Below are positions 10,301 through 18,942 of a DNA stretch of 32,000 nucleotides, one piece after another. Origin of the DNA: Candidatus Hermodarchaeota archaeon (GTDB taxonomy: Archaea > Asgardarchaeota > Heimdallarchaeia > Hodarchaeales > Hodarchaeaceae); assembly GCA_048886185.1 (NCBI GenBank), contig JBHLKY010000016.1:1-32000 (forward strand), given 5' to 3'. Under the pieces are notes generated by a model. It saw only the letters and a program-made list of their open reading frames with translations, did no database searches and had not been told where the DNA came from. How positions within the stretch are numbered: position 1 is the first letter of the stretch; every line of letters begins with the position of its first letter. The translations under genes were made by a program, and so were the position numbers.

Positions 10301-10732
10301 GAAAGCCCATTAGTTTGGGCCCGGCTTTCATTCAAAAATAACTCAGGTATTTTTGCATCAATTGAAGCTGGTTTCCTTCTTTTCCTGAAACCAATTCATG
10401 AACTATTAACGAAACGCCATAACATGATTTGGACCTATTCCAAGACTGAAAAAGAACGTATACTAAATACCCTTCCACCTGATAATTGGGTAATTGCATC
10501 CTTCGGAGATGAGAAGGAAAAAGTTATCATGATTTCACCTGATCCAAAAATCACCTTAAATGGGGATTATATGAATGCCAATGAATATTGCCATCTAGCT
10601 TGTCATGATAGCTTTAAACTCGCTCAGGGAGTAACTAGAGCTATTGATGTAATACTCCTTTTTATTAATAAGAATACATATGAAGACATTTTCCCCTTAT
10701 TTAACCAGAGGCGTGAATTTACCCCTAAGTAA
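7337..10732 (+). CDS. Large multidomain protein with N-terminal GNAT acetyltransferase domain
   Basis: Acetyl-CoA motif A LGVRPSQQKKGFGKALL and motif B GNLRAVPVYKKTGF in the first ~180 aa; remaining ~950 aa rich in beta-strand patterns. Likely start is ATG 7346 after GGGTG. Confidence 0.8.
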   Translation: MKAMTKDIHTKDPIPNITKHQATQMENMEVLYPNTVQMTKIREIQPTLEDSRRLANCVNEWSDDDSWGGGFGTTEFTGERILKEWFATKLTRRMVVDEQGIIQGYCSIDDHWTDQDAMYAELLGVRPSQQKKGFGKALLLKAVETATQYGKRRLDLHTWAGNLRAVPVYKKTGFMWRPKTSVLMENFIPAILNTAFFRPFFSQNEWYQSRELTVTQKPDKYETKGIKSYFYRFIQDDQNSLTVYVDRHVKEISGFSYVVNGEELFVQLVPNLHEVFFGIDSTRAELRIKNLSQRPIIIKGSFTFFKGINTVSIESIHEVVKAKSEKQISIDVKLNPRVETYIPDQKPWKRTDCRLYGNLEIDSKEVQLAVGWVPKQSLQVIMSNPSAYFGRHKKQIVIPVGFRNIMDRSFDGRAEITGEGLPIPHEVRIDSLKPGDAIETRVKIPRPKESTVTAWRWNIKLYQQKSDGESALPSIIRHISCYTKVGAVAYINPHKAAVIENEQIRFEFSLNETNELHTIISKDVGEFRFMTFGINIGKPFPAESSEFWRLDRPYKIIHRDSGISFKQEMLSEVEKPGLHVTRWIHVDAGKPFISCNYEMTNTSNLTIKNIAIRHWSSWRTPRILIGKYTLPLKSGWLVSDDPEFNDNFDFPQNADEYAESWLTKENTLGFGCGLIWDSSEVESIHGNPFNGPIIDTRTYKLQPGESITLGNFTWVFGRSIVSLTRNIWLNEFNDNKTSPIEETTIEYCNFPLEIRFGQGLTIPEVTKNPLPSLNWIDLDSTTVPLEIFYYIHRETPIEAQIDLESTLWDSPLQWKTKLEARNKPFLKEILLDKHSDSQIITFNGKIHLPYTSRPFSGAVIPFKSSGKVTLERIGGSWLFSNNLLSFQTSATHGASLYSGKILNREELFFSRFPNRESFVWFKRFIGGFHPFIKPLYDWDWLEFLDNVWIGPTLVKKDDWFCLTYQLNSPVNDFRLKDIACKITYYTRFESPLVWARLSFKNNSGIFASIEAGFLLFLKPIHELLTKRHNMIWTYSKTEKERILNTLPPDNWVIASFGDEKEKVIMISPDPKITLNGDYMNANEYCHLACHDSFKLAQGVTRAIDVILLFINKNTYEDIFPLFNQRREFTPK

Positions 10733-10931
10733 TTCAGAGATGATTAAATCTGATGTACAGCTCAAAGAAGAATTTGTTCAGATAAAAATCCCTTCTCTCT
10801 TCTCCATAATCCCCCCAATGTAAAATTTTACTAAAAAATCACCTAAAGGACATTTGGTGATATTCAAAAGTGCTATCTTACGTTTAATCCTAAAGGATTA
10901 CATTTAAGCAAATGTGTTGTAACAAAAGTTA

Positions 10932-12776
10932 ATGAGTAGAATGCCAACTGAGGTCTCTGGTCTCGATTCTATCTTAAGTACATTACCACCTCAGCCCGGA
11001 GTCTATCTCATGTTAAATGAAAAAAACAAAGTTATCTATATTGGAGCAACTTCGAACCTAAAAAAACGAGTGGCTTCATATTTTGGGAAAGATTTACCCG
11101 ATCCTAAAACAAGACGATTAGTATCAAAAATTCGATCAATCGATTATGAGATCCATAAGGATACTAGTAGTGCTTTTCTAAGGGAGCGAGAATTGATTAG
11201 AATTCATTCACCACGTTTTAATATGGATTGGAAAGATGATAAGTCTTACCCTATGATACGAATTACTGCTCCTTCGGAAAAGGAATATTTTTCTCGGTTA
11301 TTCATTGTCCGAAGCATTACAGATCCCAACGATTGGTATTTTGGCAGGAAAAAAGATGTCAAAGCGCTTCGTGCTTCAATTAGATCTCTCCGTAGGATTT
11401 TCCCTATTGCTAATAAGAGCTATTGTTTTCGTACAAAAAAAGAATGTCTTGATTATTCCATACATCGATGCTCCGCTCCATGTGTCAGAAAAATTTCAAT
11501 TGAAGAGTATCAACATATAGTTGATCAATTTGTCTTATTTCTTCAAGGCAAAAAAAAGGATTTATTGGAATTATTATACGAAAAGATGGATCAAGCTGCA
11601 AATGAATTAAATTTTGAGGTTGCTGCCATACTCCGCGATCGTATTAGCCAAATTGAAAGCATAATAGAATCTCAACAGGAATATTCTCAGCCCAGAGATA
11701 AAGATGTGATTATTCTCCTTGAAGATTCAAACTATTATCAATCCATAATCTTCTGGATTCGTGATGACATCATAGTTCACGTTGAAACACGCTTTTTGGG
11801 CAGGCTGGAAAAACTACCAGAATCAGAGATCTTCAAGTCAATGATTACACATTATTACTTTCAAACAGATTTTATACCTTCTATTATCGAAATTTCTTGT
11901 GACTTAGTAGAAGAATTAGATATTTTAGAGATTTGGCTATCTAAAAAACAGGGAAGAAGTGTTAAAATCAATGTTAACCCATCCATACCTGGCATTTCTA
12001 ACTTCAAGAAACATATCTCCAGCTCACAGATGGATCTAGGTGAAAAAGTTCGATCGATTCACAAAAATGAGGAAATCAAAAAAGATGCCCTTCTTGAACT
12101 TCAACGTTATATTGGGCTAACAAATTTACCCCGACGAATAGAAACCTATGATATCTCTAATATTCAAGGTACTCTTCCTGTGGGATCTATGGCGGTTTTT
12201 CATGATGGAGTGCCAATCAAATCCCAATATCGTCGTTTTAAAATTAAATCTGTTGAACCTGAACCCAATGACGTTGCTATGTTACAAGAGGTGCTAAATA
12301 GGAGATTCAAACATGATGATTCTCAGTTTGCTGCTTCTTTACCAGATTTATTACTAGTAGATGGAGGAAAACCTCAAGTCAACGCTGTTTTTAAAATCTT
12401 ACAAACATATAATTGTAAAATCCCAGTCATTAGTCTCGCAAAAAAAGAAGAAAAGGTCTTTTTGCCTTTGCAGCAAAAGCCTATTCCAATTCCCCAAGAT
12501 AGTGCAGCGCTACGCTTACTTAAGCAATGTCGTGACGAAGCTCATCGCTTCGCTATTGCATATCACCGAAAACGGAGACTTTTACAACCAAGATCTCAAC
12601 TGGATAGAATCGAAGGTGTTGGTCCAAAACGCAGAAATGCTCTACTACAACATTTTGGAGATTTATCTCGAATTCAAGAAGCAACTGTTGATGAACTGTG
12701 TCAAGTTGAAGGAATCAGTCAAGCACTTGCAGAACGGATTCATTTATTCTTTGTTACAAAACAATCACAGAATTAG
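10932..12776 (+). CDS. uvrC: Excinuclease ABC subunit C
   Basis: GIY-YIG (PGVYLM..IYIG..NLKKRVASYF), KDDKSYP, four-Cys cluster (CFRTKKECLDYSIHRCSAPC), UVR coil, RNase H-like DISN/DGG/RDEAHRFA, two HhH motifs. Confidence 0.96.
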   Translation: MSRMPTEVSGLDSILSTLPPQPGVYLMLNEKNKVIYIGATSNLKKRVASYFGKDLPDPKTRRLVSKIRSIDYEIHKDTSSAFLRERELIRIHSPRFNMDWKDDKSYPMIRITAPSEKEYFSRLFIVRSITDPNDWYFGRKKDVKALRASIRSLRRIFPIANKSYCFRTKKECLDYSIHRCSAPCVRKISIEEYQHIVDQFVLFLQGKKKDLLELLYEKMDQAANELNFEVAAILRDRISQIESIIESQQEYSQPRDKDVIILLEDSNYYQSIIFWIRDDIIVHVETRFLGRLEKLPESEIFKSMITHYYFQTDFIPSIIEISCDLVEELDILEIWLSKKQGRSVKINVNPSIPGISNFKKHISSSQMDLGEKVRSIHKNEEIKKDALLELQRYIGLTNLPRRIETYDISNIQGTLPVGSMAVFHDGVPIKSQYRRFKIKSVEPEPNDVAMLQEVLNRRFKHDDSQFAASLPDLLLVDGGKPQVNAVFKILQTYNCKIPVISLAKKEEKVFLPLQQKPIPIPQDSAALRLLKQCRDEAHRFAIAYHRKRRLLQPRSQLDRIEGVGPKRRNALLQHFGDLSRIQEATVDELCQVEGISQALAERIHLFFVTKQSQN

Positions 12777-12787
12777 GAGAGGTATTT

Positions 12788-15466
12788 TCATTCGGGTTTC
12801 TCGATTTTGGTGATTTGTGCCCCTAATTGACGGATAGTCTCTTTGATTGTTGTTTCTAGTATAGTCTCAGGAATTATTTTATCGCATTTGATATCTAATT
12901 TTAGCTGAATTGAAATGTTCGCATTTCTTGATTCTAGTGGTTTGAGAACTCCACGATAAAAAGCTGGGAGAGACTTGGATTTAAGCTCATCAACCTCTAA
13001 AGAGAGGGAAAATATCTCCTGGGGTTTAATTTTGGTTTTAAGAATGTTAAAATCCGATGGAAGAGCTTTTTTTAGGTCCTTAGGAATAATGCTTTCTTTT
13101 AATTGGGAGTTGTTCCTAATATAATCAGTAATTGCCGTTGCAACTTCTTTAACAATCAAATATTCATCTGATGTAAATTTAACTTGTGCAGGAGTAAGTT
13201 TATTTGAAAAAAAGAATAAATTATTTTGTATCTTATTATTTCTTACTGTTGCTTTAGCGAAAGCTCCTTCCTCGACTCCCCAGCAGATGGCTTGTTTTAT
13301 TGTATCAACAGATTCAATCTTAAATAAATTCAAATTGATAAAAAATTGTAGAAGTACTTCCTGCGTTGAAACCCATTGATTTATGTTTAGAAACAATTCC
13401 TTTAGCTTACGATAATGGAGTTTAGATACAATATATTCGCGTGCAAGTAGTTCACTCTTGAACCATTTTGTTAGAGGTTCATATTTAGCCTTGGGTAATC
13501 CCAATGATATAGTGTGGGTTCCATCATAGAGTTGTGAATATGTTTTCCTGATGCTGAATGATAATGCATTTGCAATTCTTTTTTGTTGCTTAATGATTTC
13601 TGTAATGATATAATATTGCCTTTTTTCACTTATTTTGCTAGCTCTTTCCTGTAATTCATTTAACGCGAGTTTAGTCTGTACAAGACTTTTTAATTCTTTA
13701 AGATGCGATTTATCTGGTATTGCAAAAATTAACGTGTTTTTATTTCTGCGGAATGTATTTCCTCTTATATCAAGCCATTTTCTTAGAGATTTTCTTGGAG
13801 TAGAGGGATGAACAAACACAATTTTTAGCTCATTGTCATCTGGGATATCTCTTGATGAATTCGGCCAAATTATAGTTCTGAGTTCCTTCCCACAGTGTTG
13901 GTTAATCTCCAATCTTAATTCTTCTTCGAAGTCTTCTTGGAACAATTCCTTAAGGTCTTGAATTTGTCTATTTAAATTTGGTTCATGACAAAAATAATAA
14001 CGTCCATCATTATTGTGTAGAAAATGGAGAGATCCATTTAGTTTGTCAAGAATCTCTTTAATTAGTGAGATTGGAATCTGGGGTTTCATTATATTTATTT
14101 TCAATTCTGAGAGTGTTATTCCCCTTAGATTCTCACCTTGGTTGAATGAGGACAAGAAAATCGTCCTTGACATCCCCGATGCTAAATTATTCCATTCAGG
14201 ATGAAGTTTATCAAGAGAAACAGATTTTGATTCCAAGCCAATTATGTCTGACCCAACTATTGACTCAAATTGAGGTTCGACATGTCTTAGGAATTCATTT
14301 TTTATGCTGGTCTCCCGAAAATTAACATTCATAAGTTGAACTAAATCTAATTCTTCTTTGGAAGACCATAAATCAGCTAATACTCGTGTTAATATTCTTA
14401 GAATAGCTCTTGTCCCCTGAAATGATGTAAAACTGCTCCATTTATCATAAAGTATGTCAATGAATTCAGGATGAAATGGATATGAATCTTTCATGCGTTT
14501 AATAAAACTTGGATCTTGGACCCGTTCAGGAAATAGGTTTCTCCTTTTTTGGTACATTTGTATATACTTTGATATTATTTCATCTCGCTTTTCTTGTAGA
14601 AGAACCTTATCTATCAACCTTTTTATGATTAATTGATAAATATCATCCCGATCAACCGGTGTTTCGGTTGTTTCCAATCTTCCAAGGATTTGGTTTATCC
14701 TATTAACAACATCAAGCGGCGTCTCTGAAAAATCTTCATATTGATGAACTGGGAGAGTTATTATCAACAATCCTCGAGAAAGTGAGGAGATTGCTTCTGT
14801 TAATTCTTGAAGGAATATTAATGTTTGAGTTCCAAGATTTGATTCATTCACAGATACTGCTCGGGCTTTAACAATATATTCAGCGATTTCATCAAGCAAA
14901 ATAAGAAATGGCTCATGTTTTCTAAGAAACTTACACATTTTCTCCTTCCCAGGTGTAATACGATTTTCATCATTAGCTTTAAAGTCGTTATATCCATTAG
15001 TTCCTGCGATTTGGTGTGCTATATCTCCCCAAATTGTGCGGATACATATATTATTTTCTTTTCTCCCCTCTAACGGATTTAAATTCGTTCCGACAATTGT
15101 AGCTACTTTGGATTGAATAGGAGATAAATTTTTTGAAAAAAAATCAGTTAGTTTGGTTCCACTTGTAGTATAATGGTATATTGCGATTAAGGCGTGTGTT
15201 TTTCCTCCTCCGAAGGGTGTTTGTAGTTTAATTATTCCACTACCTTCTGCATTATGAAGTTTTGTCCAAATATTGTTAAGAAGACGAACTAATCCTCTTG
15301 TAAGATAGGTTTTTTGAAAGAACATCACTGGATCAGAGTACTCTAAGGGGGGAGATTGATGGATTACATTGCTTAAATCAGGTACAAACCAACTTTCCTT
15401 AATCTGACCTGATCTGATCATACTATTAGGAATTACTATTTCATACCAGTTCGTATCTGGTTTCAT
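12788..15466 (-). CDS. DUF499-family AAA+ ATPase (BrxC/ORC-related)
   Basis: N-terminus W..VIP..I.SG..ES.F..DL, EY.DP..FF.KTYLT.GL, Walker A LQTPFGGGKTH, Walker B LILLDEI, SYPFHP, QGTRAILR; 892 aa with an intact C-terminus. Confidence 0.85.
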   Translation of the reverse strand: MKPDTNWYEIVIPNSMIRSGQIKESWFVPDLSNVIHQSPPLEYSDPVMFFQKTYLTRGLVRLLNNIWTKLHNAEGSGIIKLQTPFGGGKTHALIAIYHYTTSGTKLTDFFSKNLSPIQSKVATIVGTNLNPLEGRKENNICIRTIWGDIAHQIAGTNGYNDFKANDENRITPGKEKMCKFLRKHEPFLILLDEIAEYIVKARAVSVNESNLGTQTLIFLQELTEAISSLSRGLLIITLPVHQYEDFSETPLDVVNRINQILGRLETTETPVDRDDIYQLIIKRLIDKVLLQEKRDEIISKYIQMYQKRRNLFPERVQDPSFIKRMKDSYPFHPEFIDILYDKWSSFTSFQGTRAILRILTRVLADLWSSKEELDLVQLMNVNFRETSIKNEFLRHVEPQFESIVGSDIIGLESKSVSLDKLHPEWNNLASGMSRTIFLSSFNQGENLRGITLSELKINIMKPQIPISLIKEILDKLNGSLHFLHNNDGRYYFCHEPNLNRQIQDLKELFQEDFEEELRLEINQHCGKELRTIIWPNSSRDIPDDNELKIVFVHPSTPRKSLRKWLDIRGNTFRRNKNTLIFAIPDKSHLKELKSLVQTKLALNELQERASKISEKRQYYIITEIIKQQKRIANALSFSIRKTYSQLYDGTHTISLGLPKAKYEPLTKWFKSELLAREYIVSKLHYRKLKELFLNINQWVSTQEVLLQFFINLNLFKIESVDTIKQAICWGVEEGAFAKATVRNNKIQNNLFFFSNKLTPAQVKFTSDEYLIVKEVATAITDYIRNNSQLKESIIPKDLKKALPSDFNILKTKIKPQEIFSLSLEVDELKSKSLPAFYRGVLKPLESRNANISIQLKLDIKCDKIIPETILETTIKETIRQLGAQITKIEKPE

Positions 15467-15598
15467 AGACTATCATCTCATTGAAACGAAAATACTCTAG
15501 TGATTACATTATTTCCTTGATTTATATGGGATCGTGCTTGAAAACAGCTATGCAATGATTTTTGAAGAGTTGAGATATAGTTCTTTCGGGTATAAATC

Positions 15599-15790
15599 TT
15601 GAAGAAAATTACTAAAAAGATTGTGAAGGGTGCTTCTAAAGAGGCTTTAAATGTTACAACTAGAGCTGTAGGAGGAGCTGCAGCAGATATAGCAAAGGAG
15701 TCAATCAAAGAAGAGCTAGAGAGGAGTGGGGTGACTGAGATGGTCAAAGATAAAATTCAAAGAACAACTAAAAAATTTATTGAAAAATAA
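15599..15790 (+). CDS. Small basic/amphipathic helical hypothetical protein (63 aa)
   Basis: TTG-start ORF with protein-like K/E/A composition, co-directional with the downstream hydrolase gene. Confidence 0.55.
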   Translation: MKKITKKIVKGASKEALNVTTRAVGGAAADIAKESIKEELERSGVTEMVKDKIQRTTKKFIEK

Positions 15791-15863
15791 ATGTCACACC
15801 AAGCAAATAATCTTTAATAGTCAAAATAGAGAGCCTCTAATGATACTTAGCTCATAGTAATGT

Positions 15864-17234
15864 ATGAGGATGTCTGAGAACTTGTCAAAAGAGATAAAAG
15901 CAGAATGGTTAGCTACCTATCATGAAGGAGATTCACGCATTCGTGATAAACGCCATGGAGTGTTACGACTCAATACGGAAAAACGAAGAATCGAATTCGC
16001 TGTTCAAACAGCAGAATCTTCCCCAATAATTATTGTAAACTATCCAATTGAACAACTTCGTGATGTCATTATTATAGATAAACGTCAAAAAATGAAAAAA
16101 AGACTTTTTCTCCAAATAGAGCTGGGGGAACCTCCTCATGAGATGACTCCTCTTTTCTCATTTAGTTTAGCTGATATTAAAGCTGTAAAAACTGAGATTC
16201 TTGAATTTAAAAAGGAAGTTCAGGCAATCCAGATCAGTGATGATGAACATTCAGAAACAGATGTTATTCAAACGTTCGCTCAGCTCCTGATGACACCTAT
16301 AGAGCAATTCCAACAATTCCTAGGAGATATTACATCTCGACTAAGATTGTTAAGCTCTAAACCTAGAGAAGTTACAAAAACCGTTTTATCACCATTAGAG
16401 CCAAAATATCCTTATCAAATCCAGAAAACGGAAATTAATGGTCGAAAAGTAAGTTTTTATAGTACTTCGTATTCTCATCCCACTGTTCTATTATTTCTAT
16501 CCCCTATTGGAGGAAAAATAGAAGATTTTTATCCTTTAATATCATCATTGCTCGGAAAATATCAATTATTTATTGTGGGGGTCAGAGGATTCATTCAACC
16601 AATTGAACAGGATGCAATGTTTACATTAAAAGATTATGTACAAGACCTGAAAGACTTTTTAGAATATCTTGGGTCAGAGAAAGAAATTGTACTGGCAGCT
16701 CATTCTCTATTTTCGGCGATCATTTTAGAGGAGTTCTTGAATTCTAAATATTCAAATATAAGAAAATACATTCTAATTTCTGGTGCTCATCGTGCTCCTG
16801 ATAATTTCAGGAATGGCGTCAAACTCCTCCCACCAACTCAGATATGGGGATCATTCAGAGGACAGGTGAAAAAGCTTGCTCCAAAGATACTTTACTCTAA
16901 GGATACCGAGAGAAGTATTATTGATCCATTTATTCAACATGCTTTCAGTATCCCTGATCAAGTCTATTATGAAATATTCAAAGATTTCTTACCACGAGAT
17001 TATACTAAAAAGATCCAATCACTATCAAAACCTCTATTAGTAATCTGGGGGAATAAGGATCAATTCATACCGAGGAACTTGAAAGAGGAGATGATAAAAT
17101 GTGCCCCTTCCGATCTTTTCACTCATAAAGAGATTTCAGGCAGTCATATGGCTATTCTGGAAGAATCAAACGTGGTTGCTCGTGAAATCAACAAATTTAT
17201 GGATCAAAAATGGAGTCAAATTAAAATTGAATAG
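15864..17234 (+). CDS. Alpha/beta-hydrolase-fold protein with N-terminal beta-rich (PH-like) extension
   Basis: C-terminal ~260 aa follow the hydrolase pattern: DLKDFLEYLG, elbow AHSLF, LLVIWGNKDQFIP (Asp), GSHMAILE (His). Confidence 0.8.
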   Translation: MRMSENLSKEIKAEWLATYHEGDSRIRDKRHGVLRLNTEKRRIEFAVQTAESSPIIIVNYPIEQLRDVIIIDKRQKMKKRLFLQIELGEPPHEMTPLFSFSLADIKAVKTEILEFKKEVQAIQISDDEHSETDVIQTFAQLLMTPIEQFQQFLGDITSRLRLLSSKPREVTKTVLSPLEPKYPYQIQKTEINGRKVSFYSTSYSHPTVLLFLSPIGGKIEDFYPLISSLLGKYQLFIVGVRGFIQPIEQDAMFTLKDYVQDLKDFLEYLGSEKEIVLAAHSLFSAIILEEFLNSKYSNIRKYILISGAHRAPDNFRNGVKLLPPTQIWGSFRGQVKKLAPKILYSKDTERSIIDPFIQHAFSIPDQVYYEIFKDFLPRDYTKKIQSLSKPLLVIWGNKDQFIPRNLKEEMIKCAPSDLFTHKEISGSHMAILEESNVVAREINKFMDQKWSQIKIE

Positions 17235-17553
17235 TTCTCAAGAGTATAAAACATTCACAGTACAGTTTGCCGACAAATCAATTTGGAATGATTTCAAGGA
17301 AGATCTGAAAGCAACACTCAACGATAATGAAATCAAATTCCAGTATTCAGAAAAAACTCCAACATTCTATGTATTTTATAAAAGTGATAGAATTAAAATA
17401 AAAGTGCTTTGGGAGGAGGAAATACTATGTTTTGTATTACAGGCGGAAACTAGTGTCAATTCGGAGCAGATAGCTGTTTGTAGAGACATTTATGATCTTT
17501 TAATTCTTTTTGAGGGAGAATTAATTGATGGTGATTCCCCTTATAACTGGTAA
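17227..17553 (+). CDS. Hypothetical protein (108 aa), overlaps the hydrolase stop by 8 nt
   Basis: Same frame as ORF 17101..17553. TTG at 17227 follows a GGAG site and overlaps the upstream stop, which suggests translational coupling. Confidence 0.65.
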   Translation: MNSSQEYKTFTVQFADKSIWNDFKEDLKATLNDNEIKFQYSEKTPTFYVFYKSDRIKIKVLWEEEILCFVLQAETSVNSEQIAVCRDIYDLLILFEGELIDGDSPYNW

Positions 17554-17561
17554 GATGGATT

Positions 17562-17732
17562 TTAAGTCCCATAGTTTTTTTCTAACTGCTTTATGAATTC
17601 TTTTAGAAAGGTATAGAATGGGCGTAATTTACCTTGTTCCCACTCCTGAGCAATTTTTCGATACATTTCTCCGTCAAGAGTAAGCTGGAGTCCTTTTCCA
17701 GTATCTTTTACAGATATTCCTGATTCTGCCAA
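17562..17732 (-). CDS. Small hypothetical protein (56 aa), absent from ORF track
   Basis: GGAG then TTG; MAESGISVKDTGKGLQLTLDGEMYRKIAQEWEQGKLRPFYTFLKEFIKQLEKNYGT*, TAA at 17562-17564; fills the gap convergent to the 108-aa gene. Confidence 0.65.
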   Translation of the reverse strand: MAESGISVKDTGKGLQLTLDGEMYRKIAQEWEQGKLRPFYTFLKEFIKQLEKNYGT

Positions 17733-17935
17733 TTTTATCTCTCCAAACCGATGGTATGATCTCGTTATTCAGATTTACCCTTATAATAATTAATACTTCT
17801 TAAGCCTTCCTTTTAGATAGAAATTATTAGAAGTTTTCTATGTTATTTTAACTGTATTTAATGCATTAAAGAGATAAAAATCAATGCAATTGAGAATAGT
17901 TCTTATTTTAATTATATATTCAAGGATCTTTTATT

Positions 17936-17950
17936 AAAAAAGAAAGAGGA
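17936..17950 (-). terminator. Candidate oligo-T terminator of por operon
   Basis: Minus strand reads TCCTCTTTCTTTTTT 14-28 nt after the porB stop; archaeal terminators are T-rich. Confidence 0.35.
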
Positions 17951-17963
17951 TTGATGAGAAAGG

Positions 17964-18929
17964 TTAGAATCCAGCTTTCCTTAGTAATTCTTCCCAGCGG
18001 GTATCGACATCTTCCTGAAACTTGGTAATAAGATCTGTTCGTTCTTTGGGTCTGAATAGATGTCTCCATCGCCCTTCTTTTTTTAGAAATTCTACAATTG
18101 GTATTTTCTTGGAAGGATCCTTGGCAATGCGTTCACTAGGGCGACTGAGAATGTATTCACCCTCAATAACAGCATATAATGGGTGTAAACATGTTTCTAC
18201 TGCCATCTTGACATATTCAATCGATTTAGCTGGATCGAATCGTTGTCCTCGATTACATGAAGCCTCTACATGAAGAAATGCAGGGCCATCGACATCAAGT
18301 CCAGCTCTAACTTTCGCAACTAAATCTGCTGGGTACCCTGGGGCTGCTGTGGCCACAAAAGGGATCCTATGGGCAACCATGATTTCTGTAATAGGTTTTC
18401 TAAATTGAGTTTTACCAGGAATAACTGAACCCGCGGGGGAAGTAGTAGTGGAGGCGCTGAATGGGGTACCACCAGATCGTTGGATTCCAGTGTTCATGTA
18501 TGCGCCGTTGTCATATAAGATATAGAGGAGATCATGTCCTCTTTCAAAAGCTCCAGAGATCGCCTGAATTCCAATATCGTAAGTACCACCATCTCCACCA
18601 AAGATTACTAAATCAGTTTTTCCTTCTTTGTATGTACCTTTTTTTGACATGGCTTTGATTGCTGCTTCTACACCACTAGCGACAGCTGCAGAGTTCTCGA
18701 ATGCAACATGAAGCCAGGGAACTTCCCAAGCGGAGAAAGGATAGATAGTTGAGGCAACCTCGAGACATCCTGTTGAGTTAAAAATCATCGTGGGGCGATT
18801 GAAAGCCATAGTTACTTGTCGGGCCATAGAACCAGCTGCACATCCAGCACAGAGGCGATGACCACCCGTAAAGTATGTGGGTTTGTCTAGTAAATCTTTC
18901 AGTTTATATTTTGGAATTTCGATTGACAT
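17964..18929 (-). CDS. porB: Pyruvate/2-oxoacid:ferredoxin oxidoreductase beta subunit (TPP-binding)
   Basis: GHRLCAGC, TGCLEV, GGDGGTYDIG, YDNGAYMNTGIQRS. Start set at ATG 18929 after GGAGGT. Confidence 0.93.
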   Translation of the reverse strand: MSIEIPKYKLKDLLDKPTYFTGGHRLCAGCAAGSMARQVTMAFNRPTMIFNSTGCLEVASTIYPFSAWEVPWLHVAFENSAAVASGVEAAIKAMSKKGTYKEGKTDLVIFGGDGGTYDIGIQAISGAFERGHDLLYILYDNGAYMNTGIQRSGGTPFSASTTTSPAGSVIPGKTQFRKPITEIMVAHRIPFVATAAPGYPADLVAKVRAGLDVDGPAFLHVEASCNRGQRFDPAKSIEYVKMAVETCLHPLYAVIEGEYILSRPSERIAKDPSKKIPIVEFLKKEGRWRHLFRPKERTDLITKFQEDVDTRWEELLRKAGF

Positions 18930-18942
18930 GATATTACCTCCT

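Noticed and set aside
12788-15466. DUF499 ATPase as part of a defence island or of the SMC system
   Set aside because: No methylase, nuclease, integrase or toxin genes adjacent, and it is over 7 kb from the SMC locus with the por operon in between.
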